This document shows positions 1-9,671 of a DNA stretch of 64,000 nt, in pieces. The number at the start of each line of letters is the position of its first letter. Positions within the stretch are counted from its first letter, which is position 1. The stretch covers positions 6,912,001-6,976,000 of the forward strand of contig OZ244999.1 of NCBI GenBank assembly GCA_965223265.1, given 5' to 3'. The DNA is from Planctomycetota bacterium. GTDB lineage: Bacteria > Planctomycetota > UBA8108 > SXIK01. The notes beneath the pieces are model-generated. The model ran no database searches, was not told where the DNA came from, and saw only the letters and a list, made by a program, of their open reading frames with translations. The translations under genes and the position numbers were made by a program.

Positions 1-1070
1 AAATCACTGATGAGCGTTGTGAAGAGGTGGTCGAACACGGGCAGAAGCGGACGCAGACCGTTCCAGATACCACCGTAGGGCGGGATATTGTCGCCGTGCG
101 TGTCCCACGTCCCTGACGCCCCGTGGTGACTCAAGTCGATCGTCACGAAGCTCACACCGGCTTCGACGAGTCGTCGCGCCAGGAGTGCTTTCTGGCTCCA
201 GTCGTGATCACCGTAGCGTTCGAGCGTCGCCTCTTTCTCTTGGGAGAGGTCGAAGACCGCCTGAGCCCGGGCGCCTGCAACGATGTCGATCGCTTGCTGC
301 CCGAATCGATCGAGCGCCTCCATCGAACCGGAGAGGTCGAGATCGCGGTGGAGTTGGTCGAACTGCTGGCGCAGCGAACGCCGCGTCTTGAGACGACTCG
401 GGTCGAGCCCTGCCGGCAGCTTGAGGAGCTTGGAGACATCATCGCCAAGAAACGGATCGTATTGTTTGCCAAGGTAGCCGCCCCAGGCGAGGTGCGACCG
501 CGACTTCATGTTGAGCGCGACGTAGGGCGGCATCGACGCATCGTTGGCGCCACGCATCTTCGCGATCACCGAACCGATCGCGGGATAGAGCGGACCCTTG
601 GGATTTACCCGCGGTGCGGCTTCTCGGTGCCCAGTCTGCATCACTTGATTCGGTTCGTGGTTGCTGCCGCGCGGATCCATCGACCGGATGATCGTGAGCT
701 TGTCCATCATCGCGGCTTGCTTCGGCAGGTACTCGCACAGAAGCACGCCCGGCAGCTTCGTCTTGATGACGCCAAACGGCCCCCGGATGCCCGACGGAGC
801 GTCCGGCTTCACATCCCATGTGTCGATGTGGCTGGGCCCACCAGTCATCCAGATGAGGATCACCGCCTTGCCGCGCGGCACCGGTTCACCTGTCTTCGCT
901 GTGACTTCCCGCCCTTCGAGAAGCCGCGGGAGCGTCAACCCAGCGAAACCGAGAGCGCCCGCCTTCAGCGTGCTACGCCGCGTCACAAACGTCAGCCCAT
1001 CACGCTCGCGCGGATGCATCCACGTAAACGCATGGCGGTGGGTGTGGTCAGGCGTGTGGCACGGAAACAT
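1..1070 (-). CDS. DUF1501 domain-containing protein (3' end runs off the window)
   Basis: Not in the ORF track because it is truncated. Manual minus-strand translation from ATG at 1070 (AGGA upstream) gives MFPCHTPDHTHRHAFTWMHPRERDGLTFVTRRSTLKAG...KAVILIWMTGGPSHIDTWDVKPDAP, a typical DUF1501 N-terminus with a Tat-like RR. Confidence 0.88.
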   Translation of the reverse strand, partial: MFPCHTPDHTHRHAFTWMHPRERDGLTFVTRRSTLKAGALGFAGLTLPRLLEGREVTAKTGEPVPRGKAVILIWMTGGPSHIDTWDVKPDAPSGIRGPFGVIKTKLPGVLLCEYLPKQAAMMDKLTIIRSMDPRGSNHEPNQVMQTGHREAAPRVNPKGPLYPAIGSVIAKMRGANDASMPPYVALNMKSRSHLAWGGYLGKQYDPFLGDDVSKLLKLPAGLDPSRLKTRRSLRQQFDQLHRDLDLSGSMEALDRFGQQAIDIVAGARAQAVFDLSQEKEATLERYGDHDWSQKALLARRLVEAGVSFVTIDLSHHGASGTWDTHGDNIPPYGGIWNGLRPLLPVFDHLFTTLISD

Positions 1071-1203
1071 GGCGGATCCTGAGGTCAAAAAAACGAGCTT
1101 CGACGATCAAACCCAGGCTATCCGAAGCCGAGCGACGCGGTCAATGGCTGGTTGACGAGGATGCGTCTGAGGACGAGACACGACGGCACACTCGCGCTCG
1201 TCG

Positions 1204-2388
1204 CTACGCACGAACGAACCTCCCCTGTTGACGCGTCGGAGGCGTCATCGATGCGCCGCTGGTAAATCGCCAAGCGGCTAGAGTCGGACCTCCGGCGCAG
1301 AGAATCAGGACAACGGCGAAGACGATGATGGCGTTGACCAAACTGCTTGGAAAGTCGGTGAATCGCGCCAGAAGGGGCGGCGCTCCGAGTTCTATCGCGA
1401 CGGCAATGAGGGGTGCAAAGAAAACGTAGTCGTAAGATCGCAGGAGTGGCTTGAACGATCCAATGCGTCTGAGAATACTGCCGCCCCCGCTGTGCCCGGA
1501 AAGGTACACGCCGAGACGGACGATGGGCGCCGCAATGAGTAATAGCACAGTCAATCGGTACTCGCCATCACCCACCTCTTCGAAGACGAAGGTCAACCAA
1601 CCGGCAACGAACGCCGCCGCCCCGCTCGTCGGTAGATTGATCCTCGCTGGCGGAAGCCGTGGCGAAAGTGCAGCGAACGGCCATCCGGACGACGCGCGCT
1701 GGGCGGCGTCGATTCGAACCGCAAGTGAACCCCCCGACTCCGAAACTGAGAGTTCTTGGAGTCGCAACAATGAACGCTGCAGCGCGACGTAGCAGATCCC
1801 GTGCAGAACGATCACAACCAGGGCCAACGGCTCCTGTGTGGTCCAAAGCAAAATCAGAACGCCCAACCCGAAAGCTAACAGCATCGCCTCCCACTTCTGC
1901 CCGCTCTTTCCCACGGTAAACGTCACGAAGACGGCGTAGCCGCATGACGCTGCAGCCAATAGGCTCACGGGAACGGTTCGCAAAAACATGGCAGCAGGAC
2001 CGATGATCAACGACAGCAGCACAAGATCCTGCAGCCCGGGATGGACCGATCCCAAGGGCAACCTCTGGCCGCGATGCCAGGGTGTTTGCAGCAACCACGC
2101 GAGATACCCAGACCGCCAGATAGGCGAGAACCCCACGATCCGCGCGCCACCGTAAGCGAAAGCCAAGACGTAAAGAACATTCAAGACGGCGCTCGGTGCC
2201 ATCAACAGATGTGCCGATGCTGCAAGTGCTCCGACAACGGCAGCGACAGCGACGGCATTCAACGATGGCGCAGCTTGGCGCAGCCACTGCTGAGGCGAGC
2301 GCTCTCGGTGCCGATACGAACGAAAGGCGACGTCCTCGTAATGGGTGTCAGAGTTACGTCGATTCCGTGCACTTTCGGGACTTTTCAC
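1204..2388 (-). CDS. Polytopic membrane protein, probable permease partner of the adjacent ABC ATPase
   Basis: 394 aa with many hydrophobic segments; start overlaps the ATPase stop by 4 bp (2385-2388). Confidence 0.65.
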   Translation of the reverse strand: MKSPESARNRRNSDTHYEDVAFRSYRHRERSPQQWLRQAAPSLNAVAVAAVVGALAASAHLLMAPSAVLNVLYVLAFAYGGARIVGFSPIWRSGYLAWLLQTPWHRGQRLPLGSVHPGLQDLVLLSLIIGPAAMFLRTVPVSLLAAASCGYAVFVTFTVGKSGQKWEAMLLAFGLGVLILLWTTQEPLALVVIVLHGICYVALQRSLLRLQELSVSESGGSLAVRIDAAQRASSGWPFAALSPRLPPARINLPTSGAAAFVAGWLTFVFEEVGDGEYRLTVLLLIAAPIVRLGVYLSGHSGGGSILRRIGSFKPLLRSYDYVFFAPLIAVAIELGAPPLLARFTDFPSSLVNAIIVFAVVLILCAGGPTLAAWRFTSGASMTPPTRQQGRFVRA

Positions 2389-3161
2389 GCGATCGTCTCG
2401 AAGTAACGATGGACACTTTCCTCCGCGTCGGGGCGCACAAGACGTCCGAGCGCCGCAGCGAATCCTGCCTCGCCACCTACTTCCGTCGCAAGCTTGTCCG
2501 GGGTCACTGACGCGGCGAGTTCCCCCTCGTGAATCAGTGCGACGCGGTTCGCCAGCCCTTCAATGATCTCTGGAACCGGAGTCGAGAGCACGATCGTCAC
2601 TCCCTTCTCAGCAGAAAGGCGACGAAGCACACTCTTCAGCGCCACAATGCCGCCAGGGTCGAGCCCGCCGGAAAACGGTTCGTCGAGAATCAAAACCGGT
2701 GATTCCGTGATCAGCACGGCACTGAGCGCCACCTTGCGGCGCTGGCCGCTCGAGAGCGCACGGATCAGTGCGGTGCCTTTGGATCGGAGCTCGAAAAGCT
2801 CTAAAAGACTCTCGGCGTGGATCATCACGCGTTCGTACGGCACATCGTAGAGCTGCGCGGTTGCATAGAGAAATTCGCGTATCGTACGCTCCGCCGGTAA
2901 CCACGAAGGATCGGCAAGATATCCGACTTTGTGGCGCACCGCACGTTCGGCCTCGACGCTCGAGCGCCGACGGATGCCATCAACGTAAACGGCGCCGATG
3001 ACGGGCGACAACGCCCCCGCCATGACGCCGAGGAGAGTACTCTTCCCCATACCGTTCGGCCCCATGAGCGCAAGGATCTCGCCGGTTTCAACCTCGAGGT
3101 CGATGCCGCGAAGAATCGGTTCGAGTCCGTAGTGATGGACGATGTTCTCGACTTTGATCAC
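2385..3161 (-). CDS. ABC transporter ATP-binding protein (ABC-2/CcmA-like)
   Basis: Walker A GPNGMGKST, signature LSSGQ, Walker B VLILDEP. Confidence 0.93.
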   Translation of the reverse strand: MIKVENIVHHYGLEPILRGIDLEVETGEILALMGPNGMGKSTLLGVMAGALSPVIGAVYVDGIRRRSSVEAERAVRHKVGYLADPSWLPAERTIREFLYATAQLYDVPYERVMIHAESLLELFELRSKGTALIRALSSGQRRKVALSAVLITESPVLILDEPFSGGLDPGGIVALKSVLRRLSAEKGVTIVLSTPVPEIIEGLANRVALIHEGELAASVTPDKLATEVGGEAGFAAALGRLVRPDAEESVHRYFETIA

Positions 3162-3314
3162 TCTCGATCCTCCGGTGGAAATGCGAGCGACACATCGAAC
3201 ACCCTGCCATAAACAGTTCGATCTGAACGAAACCTGAGTCGCCGGTGACAGGTGCGTGCCGCAATCAGTCGCCGCCCACCGCGCAGGCGACCGGCCATTC
3301 GAACTCAGAGTCGC

Positions 3315-3343
3315 TTAACAGTCCGTCGAAAGCGGGCTGTTAA
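3315..3343. terminator. Hairpin at the crcB stop (possible terminator or collapsed MITE ends)
   Basis: TTAACAGTCCG-TCGAAAG-CGGGCTGTTAA inverted repeat overlapping the crcB stop codon. Confidence 0.4.
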
Positions 3344-3765
3344 CTCATCCTAACGCTCGCCAGCGAATATCCCAGCCACGCTGCCCCGAGGCCTATCGTA
3401 ACTTGCAGCAGGATATTGAGCAGCGCCGCCGTGACGTTGCCCGCGCGAAAGAGTAGGAGAGTCTGCAAACCGAACGACGAAAACGTCGTGAAGCCTCCGA
3501 GGAGACCGATGGCGACGAACAGCTGCAGCGAGTCCGAGACGTCGCGCCTCGACACGACCGCACCGGCGAAGAGACCTATGCAGAGACATCCGAGAACGTT
3601 CACGACCAAAATGCCAAGCGGCACAGGCACGACCTTTGAGTAGCGCTGCACGCACTCGCTCAAGAGAAAACGACTGACCGAGCCGATGAAACCGCCCGCG
3701 CCAACCAGCAGAATCTGCGCCAACAAGCCCGTCTTCACACCTTGAGCTCCGATGACCTTGAGCAC
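3340..3765 (-). CDS. crcB: Fluoride efflux channel Fluc/CrcB
   Basis: GAGGFIGSVSRF, GILVVNVLGCLCIG and GLLGGFTTFSSF motifs; four TM segments. The true start may be slightly downstream. Confidence 0.93.
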   Translation of the reverse strand: MLKVIGAQGVKTGLLAQILLVGAGGFIGSVSRFLLSECVQRYSKVVPVPLGILVVNVLGCLCIGLFAGAVVSRRDVSDSLQLFVAIGLLGGFTTFSSFGLQTLLLFRAGNVTAALLNILLQVTIGLGAAWLGYSLASVRMS

Positions 3766-3781
3766 ACCGCGTCGGAACTGC

Positions 3782-5278
3782 TCATACGAACAGCTTCTTG
3801 ATCACATTCCCGGAGACGTCGGTGAGCCTTTCGTCGCGACCGTTGTGACGGTAGGTCAGTCGCTGGTGGTCGAGTCCAAGAGCATGAAGGATCGTCGCGT
3901 GCAGATCGTGCACGTGGGCGCGATCCTCGATCGCATGCAGACCGAATTCATCCGTGGCGCCGATGATCTGGCCACCCTTGACGCCGCCCCCAGCCATCCA
4001 CATGGTGAACCCATAAGGATTATGGTCTCGACCGTCGCCTTTCTCCGACTGCGGCGTGCGGCCAAACTCGCCGCCCCAGACGACGAGGGTCTCGTCGAGC
4101 ATGCCGCGCTGCTTGAGGTCCTTCAGGAGACCGGCGATGGGAAGATCGGAGGAACGGCAAAGTCCGGTGTGATTCTTCTCGATCCGTACGTGCGCATCCC
4201 ACTTGCTGCCCGAGCCGCTGTAGAGCTGTATGAAACGAACGCCACGCTCAACGAGTCGTCGCGCCAGAAGGCACATGCGTCCGTAGGTCGCGGTCGATTC
4301 GCTCTCCAAACCGTAGAGACGCCGCGTTGCCTCGCTCTCACGCGACAAGTCAACGGCCTCAGGCGCCGAGGCCTGCATACGGTAGGCGAGCTCATACGAT
4401 GCGATGCGCGCCTCGAGCTGACTATTCGCCTGCCGCCGACGTGCGTGGCGTCGATTCAGTACGCCAATGAGATCGAGTTTACGGCGCTGCTGCTCGCGGC
4501 TCACCGTCTTGTGGCGCTCAAGGTGAAGGATCGGCGCCGCGCCCTCGCGAAAACGCGTCCCTTGATACGCCGCCGGCATGAAGCCGGTGCCCCAATTACG
4601 CGTGCCGCCGGGCGGTTCGGAATTGCGATCAAGCATGACGACGAATGCTGGCAAGTCGTCGCTGCCGGCCCCCAAGCCGTAGGAGCACCAACTACCAAGG
4701 CTGGGGCGGCCACCCTCGACGAAGCCGGTGTTCATTTGCGTCACACCGCGCACGTGCAAAAGTCCATCCGCAACGCACGACCGAATCACCGCAATGTCGT
4801 CGATACACTCGCCAACGTGTGGCATCCAGTTGGACACGGGGATGCCGGACTGTCCGTAACGCTTCCACGTCCGCGGTGAAGCGAGGATAGCGCTGTCGGT
4901 CTCGCCCATCGGCAAGTAGGGCCGTTCGATGTGCGGCGGCAGCGTCTGCCCCGCGTACCGATTCACCGCCGGTTTCGGGTCGAAGGTATCGATGTGGCTG
5001 GGGCCGCCATCGAGAAAAAGAAAGATCACACTCTTGGCGCGCGGGCGGAAATGCGGACCGCTGACACTCTTGTTCGACGCGGACGCAGAGCCTCCGTTCG
5101 ATGTCGCTTCGGTCGCGAGGAGCGCGTCTTGCGCCAGCAGATGCGTCAGTGCCAGCGCACCGAAGCCGCCGCCCGCGCGCTCTAAGAAATCGCGGCGACT
5201 GGTCACCAGCTCTGCGTGTGCCGGCTGGAGGGGCTCGCGATCATGGTGAACCTTCAGGCTCGCGCGGTCAGTCGACAT
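3782..5278 (-). CDS. DUF1501 domain-containing protein
   Basis: SRRDFL Tat-like motif, KSVIFLFLDGGPSHIDTFDPKP, RRLVERGVRFIQ, WDAH, GEFGRTP, GRDHNP. Start reassigned to the ATG overlapping the upstream stop. Confidence 0.92.
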   Translation of the reverse strand: MSTDRASLKVHHDREPLQPAHAELVTSRRDFLERAGGGFGALALTHLLAQDALLATEATSNGGSASASNKSVSGPHFRPRAKSVIFLFLDGGPSHIDTFDPKPAVNRYAGQTLPPHIERPYLPMGETDSAILASPRTWKRYGQSGIPVSNWMPHVGECIDDIAVIRSCVADGLLHVRGVTQMNTGFVEGGRPSLGSWCSYGLGAGSDDLPAFVVMLDRNSEPPGGTRNWGTGFMPAAYQGTRFREGAAPILHLERHKTVSREQQRRKLDLIGVLNRRHARRRQANSQLEARIASYELAYRMQASAPEAVDLSRESEATRRLYGLESESTATYGRMCLLARRLVERGVRFIQLYSGSGSKWDAHVRIEKNHTGLCRSSDLPIAGLLKDLKQRGMLDETLVVWGGEFGRTPQSEKGDGRDHNPYGFTMWMAGGGVKGGQIIGATDEFGLHAIEDRAHVHDLHATILHALGLDHQRLTYRHNGRDERLTDVSGNVIKKLFV

Positions 5279-7580
5279 AGAGAAACTCATTCGTGTTCCA
5301 GAGCGCGTGACAAAAATCGACGAGGGCTGAGACGAACGCTGACTCCAGCGCATCGGTCGTTTCGCCGCTGCGGCCAGGCGTGTCCAACACGGCACTGATC
5401 ACCGACTCGGCGCGCGCCGCGAGTTCGTCGTTTCGCTTGAGCTCACCCTCGTGAGCAGCGGCAGCCTCACGCAAAAAATCCATCGACGCGGCAGCTTCCT
5501 CCGCCGCCGGCGCGCGGGAGAAAACAAGCGCGTAAGCTCGTGCGATGAGATCGCCCGGATCAGAACCGACTTCCCGCAACAGACGTGCAGCGAACGACTG
5601 CGCCCGCTCGAGCATCCACTCACTGTTGAGGAGGATCAGCGCCTGCGTCGGGATCGTCGTTTCAACTCGACGCGAGCACGGCGAGTGATTGTCGGGCACG
5701 TCGAACGTTTTCAGGAGCGGCAGATGCAGATTACGCTTGACGACCAAGTAAACGGAACGGCGATTGCGCTCCGCGGCGTTCGGCGTCGGCTTCCATGCGT
5801 AGCGGTCGCTCATTCCGGAAGGCAGTGCTGGCAGGACGCTGTCGCCGAACATGCGCGTGTTGAGTTCGCCACTGGCAGCGAGAACCCCATCTCTGAGCGC
5901 CTCGGCTTCAAGGCGACGGCTTGGCATGCGCCAGAAGAGTCGATTCTCTGGATCGACGCGACGCGCGTCACGCTCCACCGACTTCCCTGGCTCCGCAGGC
6001 AGACTCGACTGTCCGTAAACGCTCGACAACAGGATCAGGCGGTGCAGGCGCTTCAGGCTCCAACCTCCCGCCACGAGCTCGCGCGCCAGCCAATCGAGCA
6101 GCTGTGGGTGCGTGGGCGGCTCTGACTGCACACCGAAGTCACTCGAGGTCGCAACGAGTCCACGACCAAAGTGGTACTGCCAGATGCGATTGACGATCAC
6201 ACGTGCGGTCAGCGGATTCCGCGCGTCGGTGACCCAGCGCGCCAGGGCTGTGCGGCGACCGGAGGCGCGCGGCACTTCCGGGATCTGCTGACGCAGTACA
6301 GTAAGAATCCCGGGCGTGATGTCGCCGGCGCCGGGATCGTCCGGAATTCGCGTTGGCGGAGTTTCACTCTCGAGTTCCTCGACGCCGCGAGCGAACGGGA
6401 GAAACGTCGGCTTCAGCGCATCGAAGGACGCCAACTGCTCGGTGAGCTTCTCCCACCTCGTCTTCGCGCTGTCGTCCATCCGCCGCATCATGTCCTTCGT
6501 CTGGACGCGTAGTTCCTCGCCGCCGAGCATAAGAATCTGACGCTGCAGCGTGGTGCGCTTCTCGGGCACGATGGCCGCGATCTGCTGAATCTGCGGCGGG
6601 AACTTCTTCGCCTTGGCAAGCTCCGCCTGGCGCCGAAACGGCCGTTCGAGTTCGCTGCGGCGCGTACGAATCTCCCGCGTCGCTTCCTGCCATCGCCGCA
6701 GCTGTTCGTGGTACGCACTGAGTTCTTTCGGTGAACCCACAGGCAGATCATCGCGCGGCGCCATGCCCGCAAAAAAAGCCTGTAGACCGTAATAGTCCCG
6801 GCGCGAGATGGCGTCGAACTTGTGATCGTGACAGCGCGCGCAGCCAACGGTCAGTCCGAGAAAAACGCTGCCGGTCACGTCCGTGACGTCCGCGAGCACC
6901 TTGTTCCACATGTCATCCAGCGTGCGGCCGTTGTCTTCGTACGGCCAGTGGCGCAGGAAACCAGTGGCGGCCAATGCGTTGCCATCGTGCCGCGCCAATT
7001 CGTTCGCCGGAATCTCGTCGCCTGCGATCTGTTCGCGCACGAACACGTCATACGGCTTGTCCGCGTTGAACGCCTGGACAACGTAGTCGCGATACTGCCA
7101 CGCGCCGGGGCGAAGTTTGTCGCTCTTGAACCCATCGCTCTCGGCGTAACGCGCAAGGTCGAGCCAGTGGCGCCCCCACCGCTCTCCGTAGCGGGGCGAA
7201 GCGAGAAGTCGATCGATCACTCGCTGCCGCGCCCAGGGGCTCGTGTCGCGGCTGAACTCCTCAACCTCGCCTGTTGTCGGTGGCAGGCCGATCAAATCGA
7301 TGCTGACGCGCCGGATCCACGCGACTCGATCGGCGGGCGGTGACAAAGTCAGTCCGGCCGCTTCGAGGCGTCCGATCACGAAAGCGTCCACCGGCGTGCG
7401 TACTCGATCGCGCTGCCGAACGGTCGGCGGCGCCTGCGCGTCGATAGGCCGATAAGCCCAATGATCCGAAGGTTCAGCGAGCGCGGGCGGCGCAGAATAG
7501 AGGAGCGCGGAGTTCAAAAAGCTCGCGGCAGTCATCGCGAGAAACGCTACGAAGAGACCTCTTTCCGAACGACGCTGCAT
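5268..7580 (-). CDS. DUF1549/DUF1553 (PSD1-type) planctomycete protein
   Basis: HWAYRP, RRVSIDLIGLPPT, YGERWGRHWLDLARYAES, CARCHDHKFD, NPLTARVIVNRIWQYHFGRG, C-terminal EFLYVD. Start reassigned to MQRRSE, which precedes a signal peptide. Confidence 0.92.
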   Translation of the reverse strand: MQRRSERGLFVAFLAMTAASFLNSALLYSAPPALAEPSDHWAYRPIDAQAPPTVRQRDRVRTPVDAFVIGRLEAAGLTLSPPADRVAWIRRVSIDLIGLPPTTGEVEEFSRDTSPWARQRVIDRLLASPRYGERWGRHWLDLARYAESDGFKSDKLRPGAWQYRDYVVQAFNADKPYDVFVREQIAGDEIPANELARHDGNALAATGFLRHWPYEDNGRTLDDMWNKVLADVTDVTGSVFLGLTVGCARCHDHKFDAISRRDYYGLQAFFAGMAPRDDLPVGSPKELSAYHEQLRRWQEATREIRTRRSELERPFRRQAELAKAKKFPPQIQQIAAIVPEKRTTLQRQILMLGGEELRVQTKDMMRRMDDSAKTRWEKLTEQLASFDALKPTFLPFARGVEELESETPPTRIPDDPGAGDITPGILTVLRQQIPEVPRASGRRTALARWVTDARNPLTARVIVNRIWQYHFGRGLVATSSDFGVQSEPPTHPQLLDWLARELVAGGWSLKRLHRLILLSSVYGQSSLPAEPGKSVERDARRVDPENRLFWRMPSRRLEAEALRDGVLAASGELNTRMFGDSVLPALPSGMSDRYAWKPTPNAAERNRRSVYLVVKRNLHLPLLKTFDVPDNHSPCSRRVETTIPTQALILLNSEWMLERAQSFAARLLREVGSDPGDLIARAYALVFSRAPAAEEAAASMDFLREAAAAHEGELKRNDELAARAESVISAVLDTPGRSGETTDALESAFVSALVDFCHALWNTNEFLYVD

Positions 7581-7725
7581 CCGTTTCGTCCTCAATCTTC
7601 GGCGCAGAACAAAGTACAGATCAGTCAACGACCGATCAGTACACCGCTGTGCAGTAGCCCGCTGTCCTGGTGGCCACCAGTATAGCTCCCGCGACGAGGG
7701 ATTCATACGACGCAGGGCGCTGGCA

Positions 7726-8832
7726 CTACCGCTCCACCACCCAAATACTCCGAAAGCGCACCGGGTTGCCATGGTCCTGTAAGTAAAGCGCCCCGGCTTC
7801 CTGCTCCCGACTCGGCCTCTTGTCGCCAGGGCCACGCGGCGGCAACACATAGCGGTCATGGATCACGACGCCGTTGTGGCGCACGGTCATCGTCGCCGGC
7901 GTGATCTTCTTGCCATCAGCGTCGAACTTTGCGGCAACGAAATCAACGTCGTAGGTTTGCCAAGAGAGAGGTGGGAAACACATATTGAGCCGCGGCTTCA
8001 CCATCTCATGGATCCCGCCGCAGCGCCCGAAGATCGACAAGCGTTCGTACTTCTGGTTCTCGGAGTTCCAACCGAACGAGTCAAGTACCTGGATCTCCCA
8101 CTCGCGCTTGACGTAAACGCCGCTGTTCCCACGCGCCATGCCGCGCGCCGTCGGCATGAACGGGGTACGAAACTCGAGGTGGAACGAATGACTGCGGAAT
8201 CGACGCTTTGAATCGGTGCCAACGTCGAGGAGATTGCCGTCAGCGAGCCGCCCATCGACCCACTCATTCACGTTCGTGCCGTCGAAAAGAACAATGGCAC
8301 CGTCTGGAGGCCTGGCGCCCAGCGTCGGCGAGACGCGCGTGACCTTGCGGAGCTCGAAACTCGGATCCTGGACGACGTTCAGGAACGTCCGCGCCTCGCC
8401 GTGGCAAACGTCGCCGTCAACGATGGCACGAAAGTTCTCATTCTCGAACTTGAGTCGTTCGCCATGGACGCCAACGCAGCGAGCGGTGTTACCGTCAAGT
8501 TCGCCGCGAAAGTGAAAACGTGTGACCTCGTCCCATCCAGCGCCGGGGAGTCCACCGCCATAAACCACACCTTCGAACTTGCCGTCGCCGAGGGCGACGA
8601 CTTGCACGGCGATCGTGTGTTTACCGCCGACCAGTCCGACGTACTCGCCTTGAATCTTAAAGTCGATGCCGCCACTCTCGGGCGTCAAATATGCGGCGTG
8701 CTTCTTCTTCGGTGCGGCGTGTGCGCTCGCAGCGAAGAGGAAAGCGATCGCCAGGAGAGCGAGCAACGAACCGGCGGGAGCACCAGCGTGACGCGGAGGA
8801 CTTGACCCCGCATGTCGGCGGCGCGCCGCCAT
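7726..8832 (-). CDS. DUF1080 (3-keto-disaccharide hydrolase-like) secreted protein
   Basis: AIVLFDG, HLEFRTP, GNSGVY, EIQVLDS, WQTYDVDF, LQDHGNPVRFRSIWV; signal peptide ending AHA. Start uncertain. Confidence 0.85.
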   Translation of the reverse strand: MAARRRHAGSSPPRHAGAPAGSLLALLAIAFLFAASAHAAPKKKHAAYLTPESGGIDFKIQGEYVGLVGGKHTIAVQVVALGDGKFEGVVYGGGLPGAGWDEVTRFHFRGELDGNTARCVGVHGERLKFENENFRAIVDGDVCHGEARTFLNVVQDPSFELRKVTRVSPTLGARPPDGAIVLFDGTNVNEWVDGRLADGNLLDVGTDSKRRFRSHSFHLEFRTPFMPTARGMARGNSGVYVKREWEIQVLDSFGWNSENQKYERLSIFGRCGGIHEMVKPRLNMCFPPLSWQTYDVDFVAAKFDADGKKITPATMTVRHNGVVIHDRYVLPPRGPGDKRPSREQEAGALYLQDHGNPVRFRSIWVVER

Positions 8833-9066
8833 GGGCGCGACGAAAGCGTGATCAGGACCGCGGCCGAAATCGACGCGCGGCGCGAGGCGGCGTGAAGGCA
8901 TGGGTTGGTCTCCGAAGTTTTCGCGACGGGTGGGGTTCTGGGTCGAACTGCCGGCGTGAGGAGATCATTCGGCCACGAGTATCGACGCGACGTCGGAAAC
9001 TGTCGAGGGGCAGCCGCCGTGTGAAGCACTCCGCCCCCGACTGCGGAGTTCTACGACGAGGCCAAC

Positions 9067-9134
9067 TTCTAATGAATTAGAGAAAAACTATTTGCACAGA
9101 CCTGCGCATGCCGCTATCTTCTAATTCATTAGAA
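9067..9134 (+). promoter_or_regulatory. Sigma70-type promoter bracketed by two palindromic operators (probable BlaI-family boxes)
   Basis: TTCTAATGAATTAGAG (9067-9082) and TTCTAATTCATTAGAA (9119-9134) are reverse complements of each other over the core. Between them: -35 TTGCAC (9092-9097), 17-bp spacer, -10 TATCTT (9115-9120). AT-rich island upstream of the blaI-like gene. Confidence 0.75.
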
Positions 9135-9206
9135 ATGAGGGCGCGGGATCGTGAAACTTCCCGGGCCGTTCGCAAGTGAGCCCAAAAAACGCCGGAGGAG
9201 ATCGCC

Positions 9207-9671
9207 ATGGGCCGCCCCACCTCACGTCACCCCACTGAGCTCGAGCTCGCGATCCTGAAGATCCTGTGGGCCGATGGCCCCATGACCGCACGAGAAGTGC
9301 GCGAGACTCTGGCTGCGGGCGCCGACAGCGCGACCGCGGCGCCTGCGCGCCGGGGTCGAACTCTCGCTCCTGGCGTGGCCGACGACGACACGCGCGATCT
9401 GGCGCACACGTCAGTGCTGACCATCTTGAATATCATGGTGCGCAAGCGCTACCTCAAGCGGCGGCGACAAGGCAAGGCTTATGTCTTCGCGGCGGCCGTC
9501 GGCCAAGACGAAGTCACCGGTAGCATGGCCCGCGATCTCGTGCGCCGCGCCTTCGACGGTTCCGCGGCGCAGCTCATGCTCAACCTCATCGAGACCGGTG
9601 GCGTCGACGCGGACGAACTCCGTGAACTGCGGCGCTTGATCCAGAAAGCGGCGAAGGAGCAAGCCTCATGA
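9207..9671 (+). CDS. BlaI/MecI/CopY family transcriptional repressor
   Basis: PTELELAILKILW, LAHTSVLTILNIMVRKRYL, DLVRRAFDGSAAQLMLNL; GGAGGAG RBS; 4-bp overlap with the M56 gene. Confidence 0.92.
   Translation: MGRPTSRHPTELELAILKILWADGPMTAREVRETLAAGADSATAAPARRGRTLAPGVADDDTRDLAHTSVLTILNIMVRKRYLKRRRQGKAYVFAAAVGQDEVTGSMARDLVRRAFDGSAAQLMLNLIETGGVDADELRELRRLIQKAAKEQAS

Noticed and set aside
123-1082. 319-aa plus-strand ORF
   Set aside because: Antisense shadow of the truncated minus-strand DUF1501 gene.
3162-3339. Fluoride riboswitch near crcB
   Set aside because: The region is downstream of crcB and lacks the GGCGATGGxGTTCGCC...GCTxATGAC pattern.
3752-4879. 375-aa plus-strand ORF
   Set aside because: Antisense shadow of the DUF1501 gene; no motifs of its own.
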